From the human T2T-CHM13v2.0 reference genome, Homo sapiens: a DNA stretch of 64,000 nt. This document shows, piece by piece, positions 1 through 13,120 of this stretch (within the stretch, counting starts at the first letter, position 1; each line of letters begins with the position of its first letter). Location of the stretch: the NCBI RefSeq assembly GCF_009914755.1, contig NC_060927.1. One strand, written 5' to 3'. The position numbers and the translations under genes were made by a program. A model generated the notes under the pieces. It ran no database searches and was not told where the DNA came from. It worked only from the letters and a program-made list of their open reading frames with translations.

Positions 1-1229
1 AACATTAGAAAGGAAGAGATTCAGACATTGCTTTCCTCTGGGACACATCAAGTTCCAAGTGGCCTCACAACAACCAAAGGGGAGTGACAGCACTTTTTAA
101 AAACTTTCTTACCATAACTACCCCTGACAGGCTGTGTGTTCTCTCCACAAATTGATTGCAGTCCAATGAAAGAACTCTGCCTGCCTTGGAATTGTATCAT
201 TAAGAGGTAACTCTGAGAGCAAATATCTCCTTGTAGAGATTAGAAACAGGAATCAGAAACAAAGGGGATGGGTTGTCAAGTGACAGGTTTAAACACAAAG
301 GGCGCCTCACTGCTGCTGTGCTGGGGCATGCTTGCTCTGTCTGATTAGCCCAGCAGGGATCACTGCATATTCCAGAAACCCTCTGAGATACAACCACCAT
401 GGCCCGCATCATATAGAAAGGCAAGCAAAGCAGTCAGAGGCGGGGCGACTTGCCCCAGCGTCACATCATGAGAAGTGACCCAGCCCAGAGTCTAACCAAG
501 GTCTTCCTGACTTCAGACTGGCTCTTCTGACTCCAGGTCCTCTCCCGCTCAGATCCCTGCCAGGCTCCCCACCTACCTTTTTCCATCTTGATTGAAGCTC
601 ATCATATGGGTTTTGTTGAAGGGGCAAGTGAAGACATATTGAACAGGACCATAATCTGTCACTGTCACCCTGACACCATTGTGACTATCCTTGTGGTCCA
701 AAAGCTCGAAATAAGCCATCTGAGGCCAAATGGCTGAAGTTTCTGAAAATATCTTTTGTGGACTTTGGAAGAAGAGGACAAATTCTAGAACAAGCGACTT
801 TTGGGAAAAATGAATCCTGAGGCAGAAATGTCATTATAATCCAGCAGCAAGAAAATGGAGCAGAGCTGAGTTGCTGTGAGGGGTTCTTGCCTGTTTTTGT
901 GTGTGTGAACTGCCAAGCTCCCTGAATCAGAGTCCACACATCCTTCCATCAACTGACTGCCTAAGGTGCTGAGGGTAAAATGAACAATATTTCTCTTGTC
1001 CTTGGAAAAATTTTAGTCTCATGAAGAATCTTTTTTTTTTTTTTTTAATTTTTTTGCCCTTGACTTTCTTAGCGTAAAGACTAATGTTACTTGCATGCAA
1101 AGTAATCTCACGTTGAACCTTTGGAATGAGCTTTATTAAAAGTCTCCATTATGGAATACTTTTAAAGAAACAGAATTTTGTTATTTTTCACTTGAAGTTG
1201 GACTCTTAGGAACACAACTGAATGAGGTT

Positions 1230-1460
1230 TCTAGAGCAGTACTTCAAAGTTCAGGCTGGCCTGGGTTTGAATTCTGGCTCTCCAGTTTGGGAGCTGTGTG
1301 ACCCCAGTACAAATTACTGAACCTCTCTGTCCCTGACTTTCTGCCTTGTAAAATTAGGATAATGAAAGTGCTTATCTCACGAGTATCATCGCTAAATGCA
1401 TTAAGACAGGGAAAACACAGAGAAAAGAAGGCGTGCCTGGTATGTGTTCAGTGCCCTCTA
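1230..1460 (+). mobile_element. MIR SINE
   Basis: ctgggtttgaattctggctct...gctgtgtgacc...aacctctctgt...tgtaaaattaggataat MIR core. Confidence 0.8.
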
Positions 1461-1462
1461 AA

Positions 1463-1683
1463 TCAGTGGTCAGCAAACTATAATCTGCAGACCAAATCCA
1501 GCCCACTGCTTGCTTTTGTAAATAAAGTTTCATTGGAACACAGCTGCACTCACTTGTTTACATATCATCTATGGCTACTTTTGCACAACAATGGCAAACT
1601 TGAGTAGCCGTGACAGACGCACTGGCCTGCACCACCTTATGTGTTTAATCTCTGGCCCTTTAAAGAAAAAGTTTGTCAATCCT
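1463..1683 (-). mobile_element. MER58A-like hAT-Charlie MITE
   Basis: cagtggtcagcaaacta...aataaagtttcattggaacacagc...ctggccctttaaagaaaaagtttgtcaatcct with terminal inverted repeats. Confidence 0.8.
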
Positions 1684-2614
1684 ACCTCATCTAAACGGTA
1701 GCTATTGTAGTAGCTCTACTAATAGTGTTGCCTGCACCCAGTAATTTGTTTATGTTGGGGCAATGTAAATACTCACTCAGGTCATTACTTACCATTTGCT
1801 AGGCTTTACAGAGATAGGTTTCAGTTTTCATTTTGCCAAGATCATCACATGTTTCAACTGAATTAATGAGGGTTCTGTTTTAATGTTTAACTTAAAGAAA
1901 TCCTCCAAATTATTTTCTCCCTTTTGAACAGGAAAACCAATGCTGTATTATCTATAGCTCACTGATAATTTTGAACATCTCAACATGCAACAAAGTTTCC
2001 CGTTTGAAGTTTGTGTTTCCAGCATTTAATTACATGGAACTTTCCTGAAATGTGCTATAAATATGCAGCACCCTGATCTTGGCTAATTGGCTCACATCTA
2101 TTAAGGATCCAGGAAGGACTGATGCTTATCAGAACACGTTTGATCTCAAAATCTTCTAGAAACAGGCACACTTAAGCCATTTCCACCATTTCCTGGATTT
2201 CAGTGCATCAGAACCACCACCATAGATGTGAGCTATTTCCACTTCTTTTCTTAGCCAGGAAATGGGATGCTGTGCGACTTCTATTTTATCACTAATAGTA
2301 TTGTTAACAATAATGTTAAGACGTAAAAAGACTTCAAAAGTGATTCCTTTTAGATTAGGTTTGAATTTGAGGCCAGTTCTCATTCAGCCTGCCTTGTTTG
2401 TCAATATTTTATCGTTTGAACAGGATTATGGGAACCCAGGGAAATGCCGTTTTCCTGCTTGTTTCAGTGGGATGTGAAGAGCAAAGAGAGCTCTTAAAAA
2501 AATACCTCCATTTGCCTACTGCAAAAGTGCCTGCTAAAGTGCTTGGGACTACCGTGTGTGATTTTCTTAACCTGCTCGCCTGCTCTATGTATGTCACCTC
2601 GGTATAGGAGAGAC

Positions 2615-2822
2615 AGACACTATTGCGTAGTGGGTTTGAAATCCAGTTCTGCCTTTGACTAGTCGTACAACCTGAACAAACCACTTCACCTCTTTGTGGC
2701 TCAGTTTTCTCAACTGCATCGTGAGGTAATACTAATACCAGTCTTGCTGGTTTATCCTGAGGATTCAGTGACTTACTGTACATAACTGTGCCTGGCATGT
2801 GGTAAGCACTCAGTGATAGCTG
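2615..2822 (+). mobile_element. MIR SINE
   Basis: gggtttgaaatccagttctgcc...ctcagttttctc...gtgcctggcatgtggtaagcactcag. Confidence 0.75.
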
Positions 2823-3007
2823 TCACCACTGCCACCAACCCCCACTGCCCATCATCATCATTATTGTTACTTGTGGACTTGAATATGGAAACCACGTGAT
2901 GACAGGAAATGACTGCAGAGTTCTGGGTACTGCCACCATCACTGCCCATGTAGTAAAATGGAATGCATGTTGCTCAACTTAATTCGTCCATACAAAAATA
3001 AAATGAA

Positions 3008-3050
3008 ATGATGAAGATGATGATGATGATGATGATGATGACGAAGATGA
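3008..3050. repeat. (TGA)n microsatellite
   Basis: atgatgaagatgatgatgatgatgatgatgatgacgaagatga. Source of the poly-His in a spurious ORF. Confidence 0.9.
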
Positions 3051-3189
3051 TTTGGGTAGCCAGTTTCTTTTGAGATCAGGGGAAAGGGTAGTGGACAAAG
3101 AACCAGGAAGTGGGTGAAAGGAAGAAGCAGCAGCCTCTCTGCTTCTGCAACTGTTAACCTCTGTCTGTGCACCTAACCCTACCTGGATG

Positions 3190-3370
3190 TTCTATAAATA
3201 CAATCTTATTGAATCCCATCAGCAACACGTTGAGGTAAGAATTCTTAATCCCATTTTATAAATAGGTAAAGTGAGGTTTTAGAGAGATGAGCGAATGTAT
3301 CCCAGCCATGCAGTGGAACAGTGATTTGAACCCAGTTGTATTGGACTCTGAATCACATTTCTTTGTGCTC
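3190..3370 (-). mobile_element. MIR SINE
   Basis: cccattttataaataggtaaagtgagg...gatttgaacccag. Confidence 0.7.
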
Positions 3371-4145
3371 TGCTGGGCCAGCTTCTAAGTCCCAGCATCG
3401 ACTAACTTTCTGATAACTGTCAAAAGCACTTAACTCTTGTATATCTTGGTTTTCCTTTGTGAATTAGGTCATTGACTGAGCATCAAAAGGAAGCTAAAAG
3501 AATGTACACGTCGTGTCAGTTATGGCCACCAGAACCCTGTAGGGGAGAAAGGCAATCAATGAAACTGTTCAGTGATAATATTGGGTTTTTGTCACTGTAT
3601 GACTCTATATAATTTAAATGTCATGTTCATTTCCTTAATTGTTGACAAGACTGCTATCTTTATGTGCTTTCTCTTTGGAAATATTAATGTCAACATACAT
3701 TTCATTTAAACATCAACCCTTAAATCAAAATGCCATCCTTGGTCAGCTGAAACCTCTAATAAAGTTGGAGGAGGCTAGATGTCTTAGATGTCTTTGAACC
3801 CTGTGGGGTGGCTATTCATGACCTTGGATTGCTCTTCTCCAGGTGCTTCAAGACAGGGATCTGATTAATAAGGTGGACTGTCTCCCTCCCAGGCCACCTG
3901 CTTCAGACCCCACAGCACTAGTTATTCATGCCATAGTATGGGCCCCGGGATTTTCTCTGGACTGTGCCTGTAAGGAAGGCCATGAGGCATGCATTTAATC
4001 CTCTGCCTGCTGATGGAGAGTGTTTCACAGGCAAAAGTAAATTCCATACCTCCATCACTGCATGGAGTTGGCCCTATTCATGCTCATATGTATTGCCTGT
4101 TGCTTTTAAAAAAAAAAAAAAATACGCCGCCCTCATATAGGAGTG

Positions 4146-4364
4146 CAGGGGTTGGCAAAATTTCTCTGTAAGGTGACTGATAGCAAATATTTTAAGCTCT
4201 GTCAGCCATATATTCTCTGTTGCAACTACTCAACTCTGCAGTGGTAGCCTGAAAGCATCCGTAGACAATGCATAAACAAATGAGCTGTGTACCAACAGAA
4301 CTTCATTTACAAAAGTAGGCACTAGGCCAGATTTGGCCCATGTACCATAGTTTGCCCACTTTTG
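4146..4364 (+). mobile_element. MER58A-like hAT-Charlie MITE
   Basis: caggggttggcaaa...gcaactactcaactctgc...ggccagatttggccc...tagtttgccc. Confidence 0.85.
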
Positions 4365-5169
4365 ACTTAGAGATATGTCGTGAGTTAGTTTGGTCAATTT
4401 CTTTTAGCCATGTATGAAAGACCTACTTTATAAAGTGCTACGTTGGGTGCTGGGGATAAGGTCAGGAGGCATGGTCTTGCTGTAACAGAGCCTACAACCT
4501 GTCAAAGAGACCATGTTAGCCAATTACGCAGACTGAAACCCAGGTCTTAACAACCTATGACCTTGGGTAAGTTCTCAGCCCTCACTAGGATGTTGATTCC
4601 TACTTCATAGGGTTATGAAGCTTCACTTAGAGAAAGGCCACAGCAGGGCCTGGCACCCAGTTTCTGAACCGTAAGTGTGAACTGGGAAAAGGAGGCAAAC
4701 TGAAGCAAATCCCACAGTGTGGAATGGAGTCTTGGGGTGCAGGTCAGTGAAGGGTAAACTGAGGCTAGAGAACCCAGTCACTGTAAACAGATGAGAGTCA
4801 ATGCTGCTGCTGCCTGGCCCTATGCACATCCTTTACTGTGGTCACATAAAACAACAAGCTCTAGACCTGGCTTCTACTAGACTCAGAAAGTTGACGGGGC
4901 CCTTTGCTGTGAGTCCTACTGAATAATGTCAGTATCTTAGTTAATCAATTCTGCGACTCTCATGTCTTCATATTTTAGCAACTCTAAAATTGGGATGCAT
5001 CTTTGAGTTCATATCAAGTCATTGTTTAATTAGCAACATGTTTCCTTTATTAGTGGTATTGGAATAATGATGCATCTCACGATTGATGTTGACTTGGAGA
5101 TGAGGAAAACAGTATCTGGGACTTGTTTGTTATTTAAAATATACCAATAGCTACTGTGCTTGTTTGTTT

Positions 5170-5940
<771 letters not shown>

Positions 5941-5953
5941 AAAAGCTAAAAGA

Positions 5954-6265
5954 GGCTGGGCGTGGGTGCCCACGACTATAATCCTAGCACTTTGGGAGGC
6001 CGAGGCAGACAGATTGCCTGAGGTGACTCAGGAGTTTGAGACCAGCCTGGGCAACATGGTGAAACCCTGTCTCTACTAAAAATACAAAAAATTAGTTGGG
6101 CGTGGTGGCGTGCCTGTAGTCCCAGCTACTCGGGAGGCTGAGGCAGACGATCACTTGAACTCAGAAGGTGGAGGTGGCAGTGAGCTGAGGTCACGCCACT
6201 GCACTGCAGCCTGGGGGACAGAGCGAGACTCCGTCTCCACAAAATAAATAAATAAATAAATAAAT
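5954..6265 (+). mobile_element. Alu (S-like) with (AAAT)n tail
   Basis: Full dimer; TSD agctaaaa(g/t)a. Confidence 0.95.
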
Positions 6266-6513
6266 AGCTAAAATAGTTGCCTAGTCTTCAGTGAGATTTC
6301 CTCACCTGATCCTGCAGATGAGGACCCCAGAGCCCAGGGATCCAGAATGAGGGTGGTAGAAAGATGGGCATAAGGAGAGCTAGATCCCTTCCCATGTCAC
6401 ACACAGTGCAGTTGTGGTCCAGCCTCTTTCCTTGTAAACCTTGTTTTCCTCTCATATATAAGACAAAAAACTAGTGTCTTTGAGACCTCGATTTCCCCAT
6501 CACCCAATCATAA

Positions 6514-7046
<533 letters not shown>

Positions 7047-7847
7047 ATCTTCGTTCTAATCTAATACTTTCCCACCTCCCTGCTGCCTTCTGGATTCTCA
7101 CCCTCAGCCTCTTTCTTTCCTCCCAACTTGCCGTTTCTCACCCCTGTGTTTGGCAGGCCCTCCTGTTGCCCACTGTCACACCCACCTAAGACTCCTCCCA
7201 GGTTACACACTACATTCATGGCCGGTCTAGACTTAACCCAGAGCTGCTGACTCCATGTCTAGTGTTTTACTCAGTTGTGTCACCTCTTCATAATTCTGAG
7301 CGGGATTATCAATTGTACTTACCCAAAAGCTGATTTTTTCCCCCCCTCAATCCTGGGAAGTTTTGGACAGTTGATCTTTTCCTTCTGTTTTCCCTCCTGC
7401 TTACTTCACTCCAACCATTTCTCTTTAAACCAGGCAGAGTCCCTCTGCACTGGCTTTTCTCCCTTCCTGGAGTGTTCTTCTCCCCATGTAGCCATGTAGC
7501 TCAGTTCCTCACTGCCTTCAGGCTTTCAATCAAATGTTTCCTTCTCAGTGATCCTGCCCTTGAAATTGCTGTTTGCAAAACAGTGGTCAGGATAGGCCTC
7601 ATTTAGAAACGGTGATTCAAATATGACTAAGTTTGCTAACAGCTGCAGAACATTTGGTCCCAAAGCAGCCGTGAATGGAGTAATGAAGAAATGTTCTGGA
7701 CAGAGTGAAGAGCCAGTGCAAAGGCCCTGGGGGCAGTGTGTTCATGGGACAGCAAAGAGGCCAGTGTAGCTATACCTAAAAATCAGAAAGTGGAAGTGAA
7801 TGAGGCTGCACAGGATGTAGGAACCCTTTGATACAGTCCCTGTAGAA

Positions 7848-8000
7848 AGTGGCTAGTCAGATATGGTCCTGAGACCAGCAGCATCCATTTTATTAAAAAC
7901 GCAGAATCTCAGCTCTCATCCCAGACCTACTGGATCAGAATCTGCATTTTAACAAGCTTCCCAGATGATTTGCCTGCACATTGAAGTTTAAGTGGCGCTG
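7848..8000. mobile_element. MER5A-like hAT-Charlie MITE
   Basis: gaccagcagcatc...gcagaatctcag...cccagacctactggatcagaatctgcattttaacaag. Confidence 0.8.
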
Positions 8001-9289
8001 TCATAAATCATCTTCCATTTCTAATGACTTAATGCCCAATTCTTTCCACTATCCACTCCTTCCTTCCCTCCTTGCATAACACCAGGCAGAGGCTAGCCCT
8101 GCCCCAGTGATCTTAGGCATTTAAGGAAAAGTTAATTGCTTTTCCTCTAAAAAAAAAAGTTGTGGGAAACCCTGAAGAAACCAAATAATCATTGGGCTAA
8201 AAACAGAAGCTTGGGCTTTCATACACTTTCCTAAAATTAATTGGTCCTTTGTTTAGGGAATGCCTCAGGTTTTCTTCCCCTAGAAACTACCACATCCTGT
8301 CCAAATAACCTTCCAATCTTCCAATGTAATACATTGTTTATTGGGGTGTGGGAGTGGGTGTTCAGTGCACTTCCACAATTCCTGATTACTGCACAGGTCT
8401 CTTCTATACATTGACTGTTCATCGTATTTTATAAAGAGCTTTCTTTTTTTCCTATATAACCAAAGCATTGAAAATATTAGGCTATTAACATACCAAGAAA
8501 TGCAATCAATCAGCTGATTATCATCTAATGTTTTAATGATCACATTTTTAATCCAATTATCCATGTTTGAATCTTTCAGATTTTCTTTAATTAAAAATTG
8601 CCTCCTTGCACTGCTATCAGAAGTAAGAAATTGAACAGAATCAGCCAGATATAATTTAATGTTGAAAGGAAACTGCAAGGATAACTGGGCCGCGCTGGGC
8701 TTAATGGTTGACCATGACTTGAAAGCCCTTATACAAAATTTCCTAATTGATAAGAAAAATTTAATCATCTTCAGATATAAACCCTTTGCATTCAAATAAG
8801 GTATTTCTTTTTCCAAATAAATCTCCCCTAACTGGTTATTCATATTGTCATTCAAAATGCTTAAAAATGAAAGAAAGCGTTGGGTGAAATGTAGACTACT
8901 TAATACAGTGTGTATTTAATATAAAAGTCATACATTATTCATTTTTGCAATTTGAATAACTTTGAATTTAGCATCGCTGTTCCTCATCTTTTTCTTTGAT
9001 GAACAATTAATTATTAAAATATAATATTGTCTGCATACAGCACCCGGGATCCTTGAAGGTGGAATACGAGATGCATTTCTTTTCAATTCTTTTATCTAGT
9101 AATGCACAGTACCTGCTTATTATGGTATAATGGAATGAATGGTGGTATAAATAGTTTTTCAAATATTTTTCTCAACTAGTAAGTGGCTGGGACAGGAATG
9201 TTTTGAATTCAAATGACTAATTATGATAAAAGTTGGAGGCAGAATGCACTGATCAGGATGGGCATGGAGTCACACTGCCCTTTTATAGC

Positions 9290-9520
9290 AAGACTTATTT
9301 AACAAGCACTATGCATGCTTACTGTGTCAAGCGCTCTCCTAAGCTCTCACCTGATGTTAACTCATTTGAGTCATACTCAGAACCTCCTTGTAATGTCAGT
9401 GTTATTATCCCATTTTACAGATGAGGAAACACTTACACAAAGGTTAAATAACCCTTCTCAAGTCAAACCTTTAAGTAGAATAGTTAGGATTCATATCCAG
9501 GGGACCTAGCTCTAGCACTT
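9290..9520 (-). mobile_element. MIR SINE
   Basis: ttattatcccattttacagatgaggaaac MIR core. Confidence 0.75.
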
Positions 9521-9560
9521 CTCCCCATTTTATAATATCTACATTTATTAAGATTTTATT

Positions 9561-9850
9561 AGCCAGGCATATGGGCTCACAGCTGTAATTGCAGCACTTT
9601 GGGAGGCTGGGGCTGGAGGATTGCTTGAGGCCAGAAGTTTGGGACCAGCTTGGGCAACACAGCAAGACCTCATGTCTACTAATTTTTTTTTTTTTTTAAT
9701 TAGGCAGGCATGGTGATACAAGCCTATAGTCCTAGCTACTCAGGAAGCTGAGAGGGGAGGATTGCTTGAGCCCAGGAGTTCAAGGTTGCGGTGCCACCAC
9801 AGCCTAGTCAACAGAGTGAGAATCTGTCTCTAATTTATACAAACAAAAAA
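9561..9850 (+). mobile_element. AluJ with right-arm deletion and T-rich linker
   Basis: TSD aagattttat at 9550-9559 and 9851-9860. Confidence 0.93.
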
Positions 9851-10344
9851 AAGATTTTATAAATGGAAGAGTTTACGTTTTCAGCTGAAAAGTGCTTTAT
9901 TTCTTCCTCCCAGTGGCTATACTCAGGAACCACCAGTCTTGAGTCTGGCCAGTTGAGCCCCTATGGCTTAAGCTGGCATCAGTGGACAGTACTAGAAATG
10001 TAGAGCTACCATTTCTAAAATTGTTTCTAATTTGTAATTAAGCATTGCAAGCACCCCATTTATCAGTAGAGCACTGTCAGTGGGACTGAGCAGGCAATGA
10101 AATTTTCAGAAAGATCACTGCAAACTGCTCTTCGACTTGAACTGAGATGGGGGAAAAAGTCGAGAGTTAATTCTGTAATGTATTGCTCGTGTTAATTCTG
10201 TAATGCATTGTCATTTACTAATGGGGGCACCTGAACATATAGCATAATTCCCCCCACCCCACAGGTCTGGCTATGGCTGTCAAGGTGACTTTCTGATACT
10301 TGGGATTCCTTTCCCACTTCCCACCCCCAACACTTGTGTTAAAA

Positions 10345-10673
10345 TAGGGGCAGGCAGAATATGACCGAAGGCCAAATCCATTCTACTGTCTATTTTTGTA
10401 TGGCCCCTGGGCTAAGAATGGTTTTTACATTTAATTCCTAATTAAGTGAAATGTTATTCCCCCAAAAAAGAATCATATTATTCTCATTAAGTAGATATAT
10501 ATTTTGAAAATTGTTCTCAGTTATTAATAGCATTTCAAATACAGTTAATAAGATTGTGAAAGTGTGCTTGTTATTTAAGTACCTACATAACATCTTCAAA
10601 TTCACCTCTTGGCCTGCAAAGCCTAAAATATTTACTCTTTGGTACTTTATAGAAAACGGTTGCTCGTTCCTAG
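10345..10673 (-). mobile_element. MER58B/C-like hAT MITE
   Basis: ggccaaatcc...gctaagaatggtttttacattt...tggcctgcaaagcctaaaatatttact. Confidence 0.7.
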
Positions 10674-10759
10674 CTTAAAACCCAAAATGAGCCAGCCTGT
10701 ACCTCATCTGGGCTTGTGGTCAGCCACATGCTTGCCTTGATAAATCTGGGCTTACACTG

Positions 10760-11320
10760 GGCCAGGAACTATACCAAGCCCCTTATGTCTGTTAACTTGC
10801 TTAATTGTCACAGCAACCCTGAGAGTAAATATTCTCATTATTCTCATTTTACAGATGATGGAAGTAGCTCAGAGAGGTTAAGGCCTAGGCCTAAGGTTGC
10901 ACAGCCATCAAATGTCAGTTAATTCGAAGCCCATACTGGAGCTTTGGCAAAGAAAGCTTTAACCTAGACTGCTCATGCTGATGGACAATATATCTAACAT
11001 GGTATGCCTTTAAGGGCACAAGGAGTAATCCAGTTAAAAAAAAAACAAAAAGACATGCACAAAACATTAAAGAAAGTACATGACAGAACATTGGTAGCTT
11101 AGAGGAATAATAGTAAAAGTAACAACAATGAGAGTAAGAATAATATCTATCACGTATGAGATGTTTACTGTGTTCCCAGCTCTTTCTGAACCTCTTTCTT
11201 TTATTGACTTATTTATAATCTTCACTACTGCAGCCTAGGAAGGTTTCGTAACTTGCCTATGCTCACACAGCTCACAGATAGCGGAGCTGGTATTTGAACC
11301 TGGGCAGGCTGAAAATCTGT
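10760..11320 (-). mobile_element. Two MIR fragments
   Basis: ctcattttacagatga...ctcagagaggttaag; aacttgcctatgctcacacag...gagctggtatttgaacctggg. Confidence 0.65.
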
Positions 11321-12769
11321 TCTCCAGCAGCAACCCTTGAAGGAACTCACAAGTGCTGGGGGTGCTGGTGCAGGCAGTGGTTAGATGTCAGTTTTCAGCC
11401 CTGAATGATGTTTTCTGCTCTCCAGGCATACTGTTTCAGATTCCCTGAAGAAAGAATCCCATGTGAGTCTCTGTATTCTTCACATGTTTTTGACCTTAGG
11501 TCTTTTACTTCATCCTGGTCTTCTATTTATCCAGCCCTAAAGTCAAAGAATTGGACTAAATCGATGGTTTTCAAAATGTCCCTGGATCCCCTACTCGGCT
11601 TCAGCCACCAGGGCTGACTTAACTTATTTGAGTTGCTGGGGTCTTGAGCAAGATTTTGTTTGAAGAGACCATCCTTTGGCCTCCAAAGCCACTGAACTAA
11701 GCCACTGAACTGTCCAAGTCCCTTCCAGATCACAAAGTCCTAAGATTCAATGGCAGTGATAGTGGTGGAATGAATAAGCAGTGAAGCCAGGCCCTCCTCC
11801 CCTGTCCCTTGTACTGGGTCTACCCACCTCGCCACCGATCTGACTGCACGTGCTGATCAGCAAAAACCAGAGCTTGCCTCTGAAGCCCTGGTGTTGGTCA
11901 AGAACAGAGATGCCCTTTTGAGTTTGCAGCAGGGGTCACACGCACTTTCCATCATGCCTGCTTAATCCATGAGCCCATCTGAGAACTTACATAAGAGTCC
12001 GACCCTGCCCAATCAGCGTTCCCCTTTGAAATCTAATCTCCTCCTGTTGGTGGGGCAGGTGCTTTTGCTTTATCTTTTGATGCTCTTTAAAGCCATGGCC
12101 TCTTCCTATAGTGTGTTTAGATGGGGGCTCGGCTGCCAGGGGTTTGCCGGGGTTGTCTTGTCACTTCCTGTCAGCATACAGCATGCTTAACTGCAACCCT
12201 AATGTTGGACTCGGCTCTGAGGGGAAAACTCTTCTGATTCTCTAGCCATTCGGCCTGGATCCCTTGATCCTAAGGCAGGTTGGTGTGCTGCAGTGTGACT
12301 CGAAGTTCACCTACAACATGAGGGAGACATGAAGGTGGTAGTTTTGCAGTTGGTGGTGCCAAGCCCTACCCACACCCTCTATCGCTTGGGGCTTTGTGTT
12401 GACTCTTTACACAGCCCAGGAAGCTCAGAGGCAGCAAGCAAAGGCCAAAATATTTTCTTCTCCGGGCCAAACCAGTCCCCGCCAAGCATGCTTGCAGAGA
12501 TTTCCCCTGTCATTAGGCTGCTGGTAACCAGGTTTAAATTAAAGCCCAGACTTGCCAGTGGGCGGAGGGGCAATTCCGTTATTTCTAGCCTTTTGTACAG
12601 CAGAAATTGTTTTTGTAATTTTGATTATAGAACCCTATGATTTGAAGACTTTTGCATTTATTGGGTAATACTAAATTTTTATTTTAGAAAAAGACGAATT
12701 GAACACCTCTCTGAGAATCAGCCAAGGTTTCTGAGCCTCACGAATAACTGCTGTTACTTCGCTGTTCAC

Positions 12770-13120
12770 CAGTGCTTGGGCTTGGTTATTTAACCTCTCT
12801 GTTCCTTGATTTCCACATCTGTAAAATGAGTATTAGAAAGCACACACTTCATAGAGTTGTGAACTAAGAGAGCATAGTGATGTGAATAATAAAAGCCTGG
12901 ATTCTAAACCCAGCTACCTGTTTCTGCATCCCGGCTCTGTAAACTGGGGATAATCATAGAACTAACTTCATGGAGTTATTTTAAGCATTAAATAAATTAA
13001 TCTTTATAAAGCTCTTAGAACAGGGCCTCTTGCATATAATAAGTGCTGTTTAAGTGTTTGCAACCTGTAAATACTCAGAATAGTGCCTGGCATATAGGCG
13101 AAGCTAAATCAATGTTAAGT
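12770..13120 (+). mobile_element. Nested MIR fragments
   Basis: ttatttaacctctct...catctgtaaaatg; agaatagtgcctggcatatag. Confidence 0.65.

Noticed and set aside
12483-12494. p53 half-site palindrome caagcatgcttg (similar at about 324 and 13551)
   Set aside because: Isolated half-sites without a matching second decamer occur commonly by chance.
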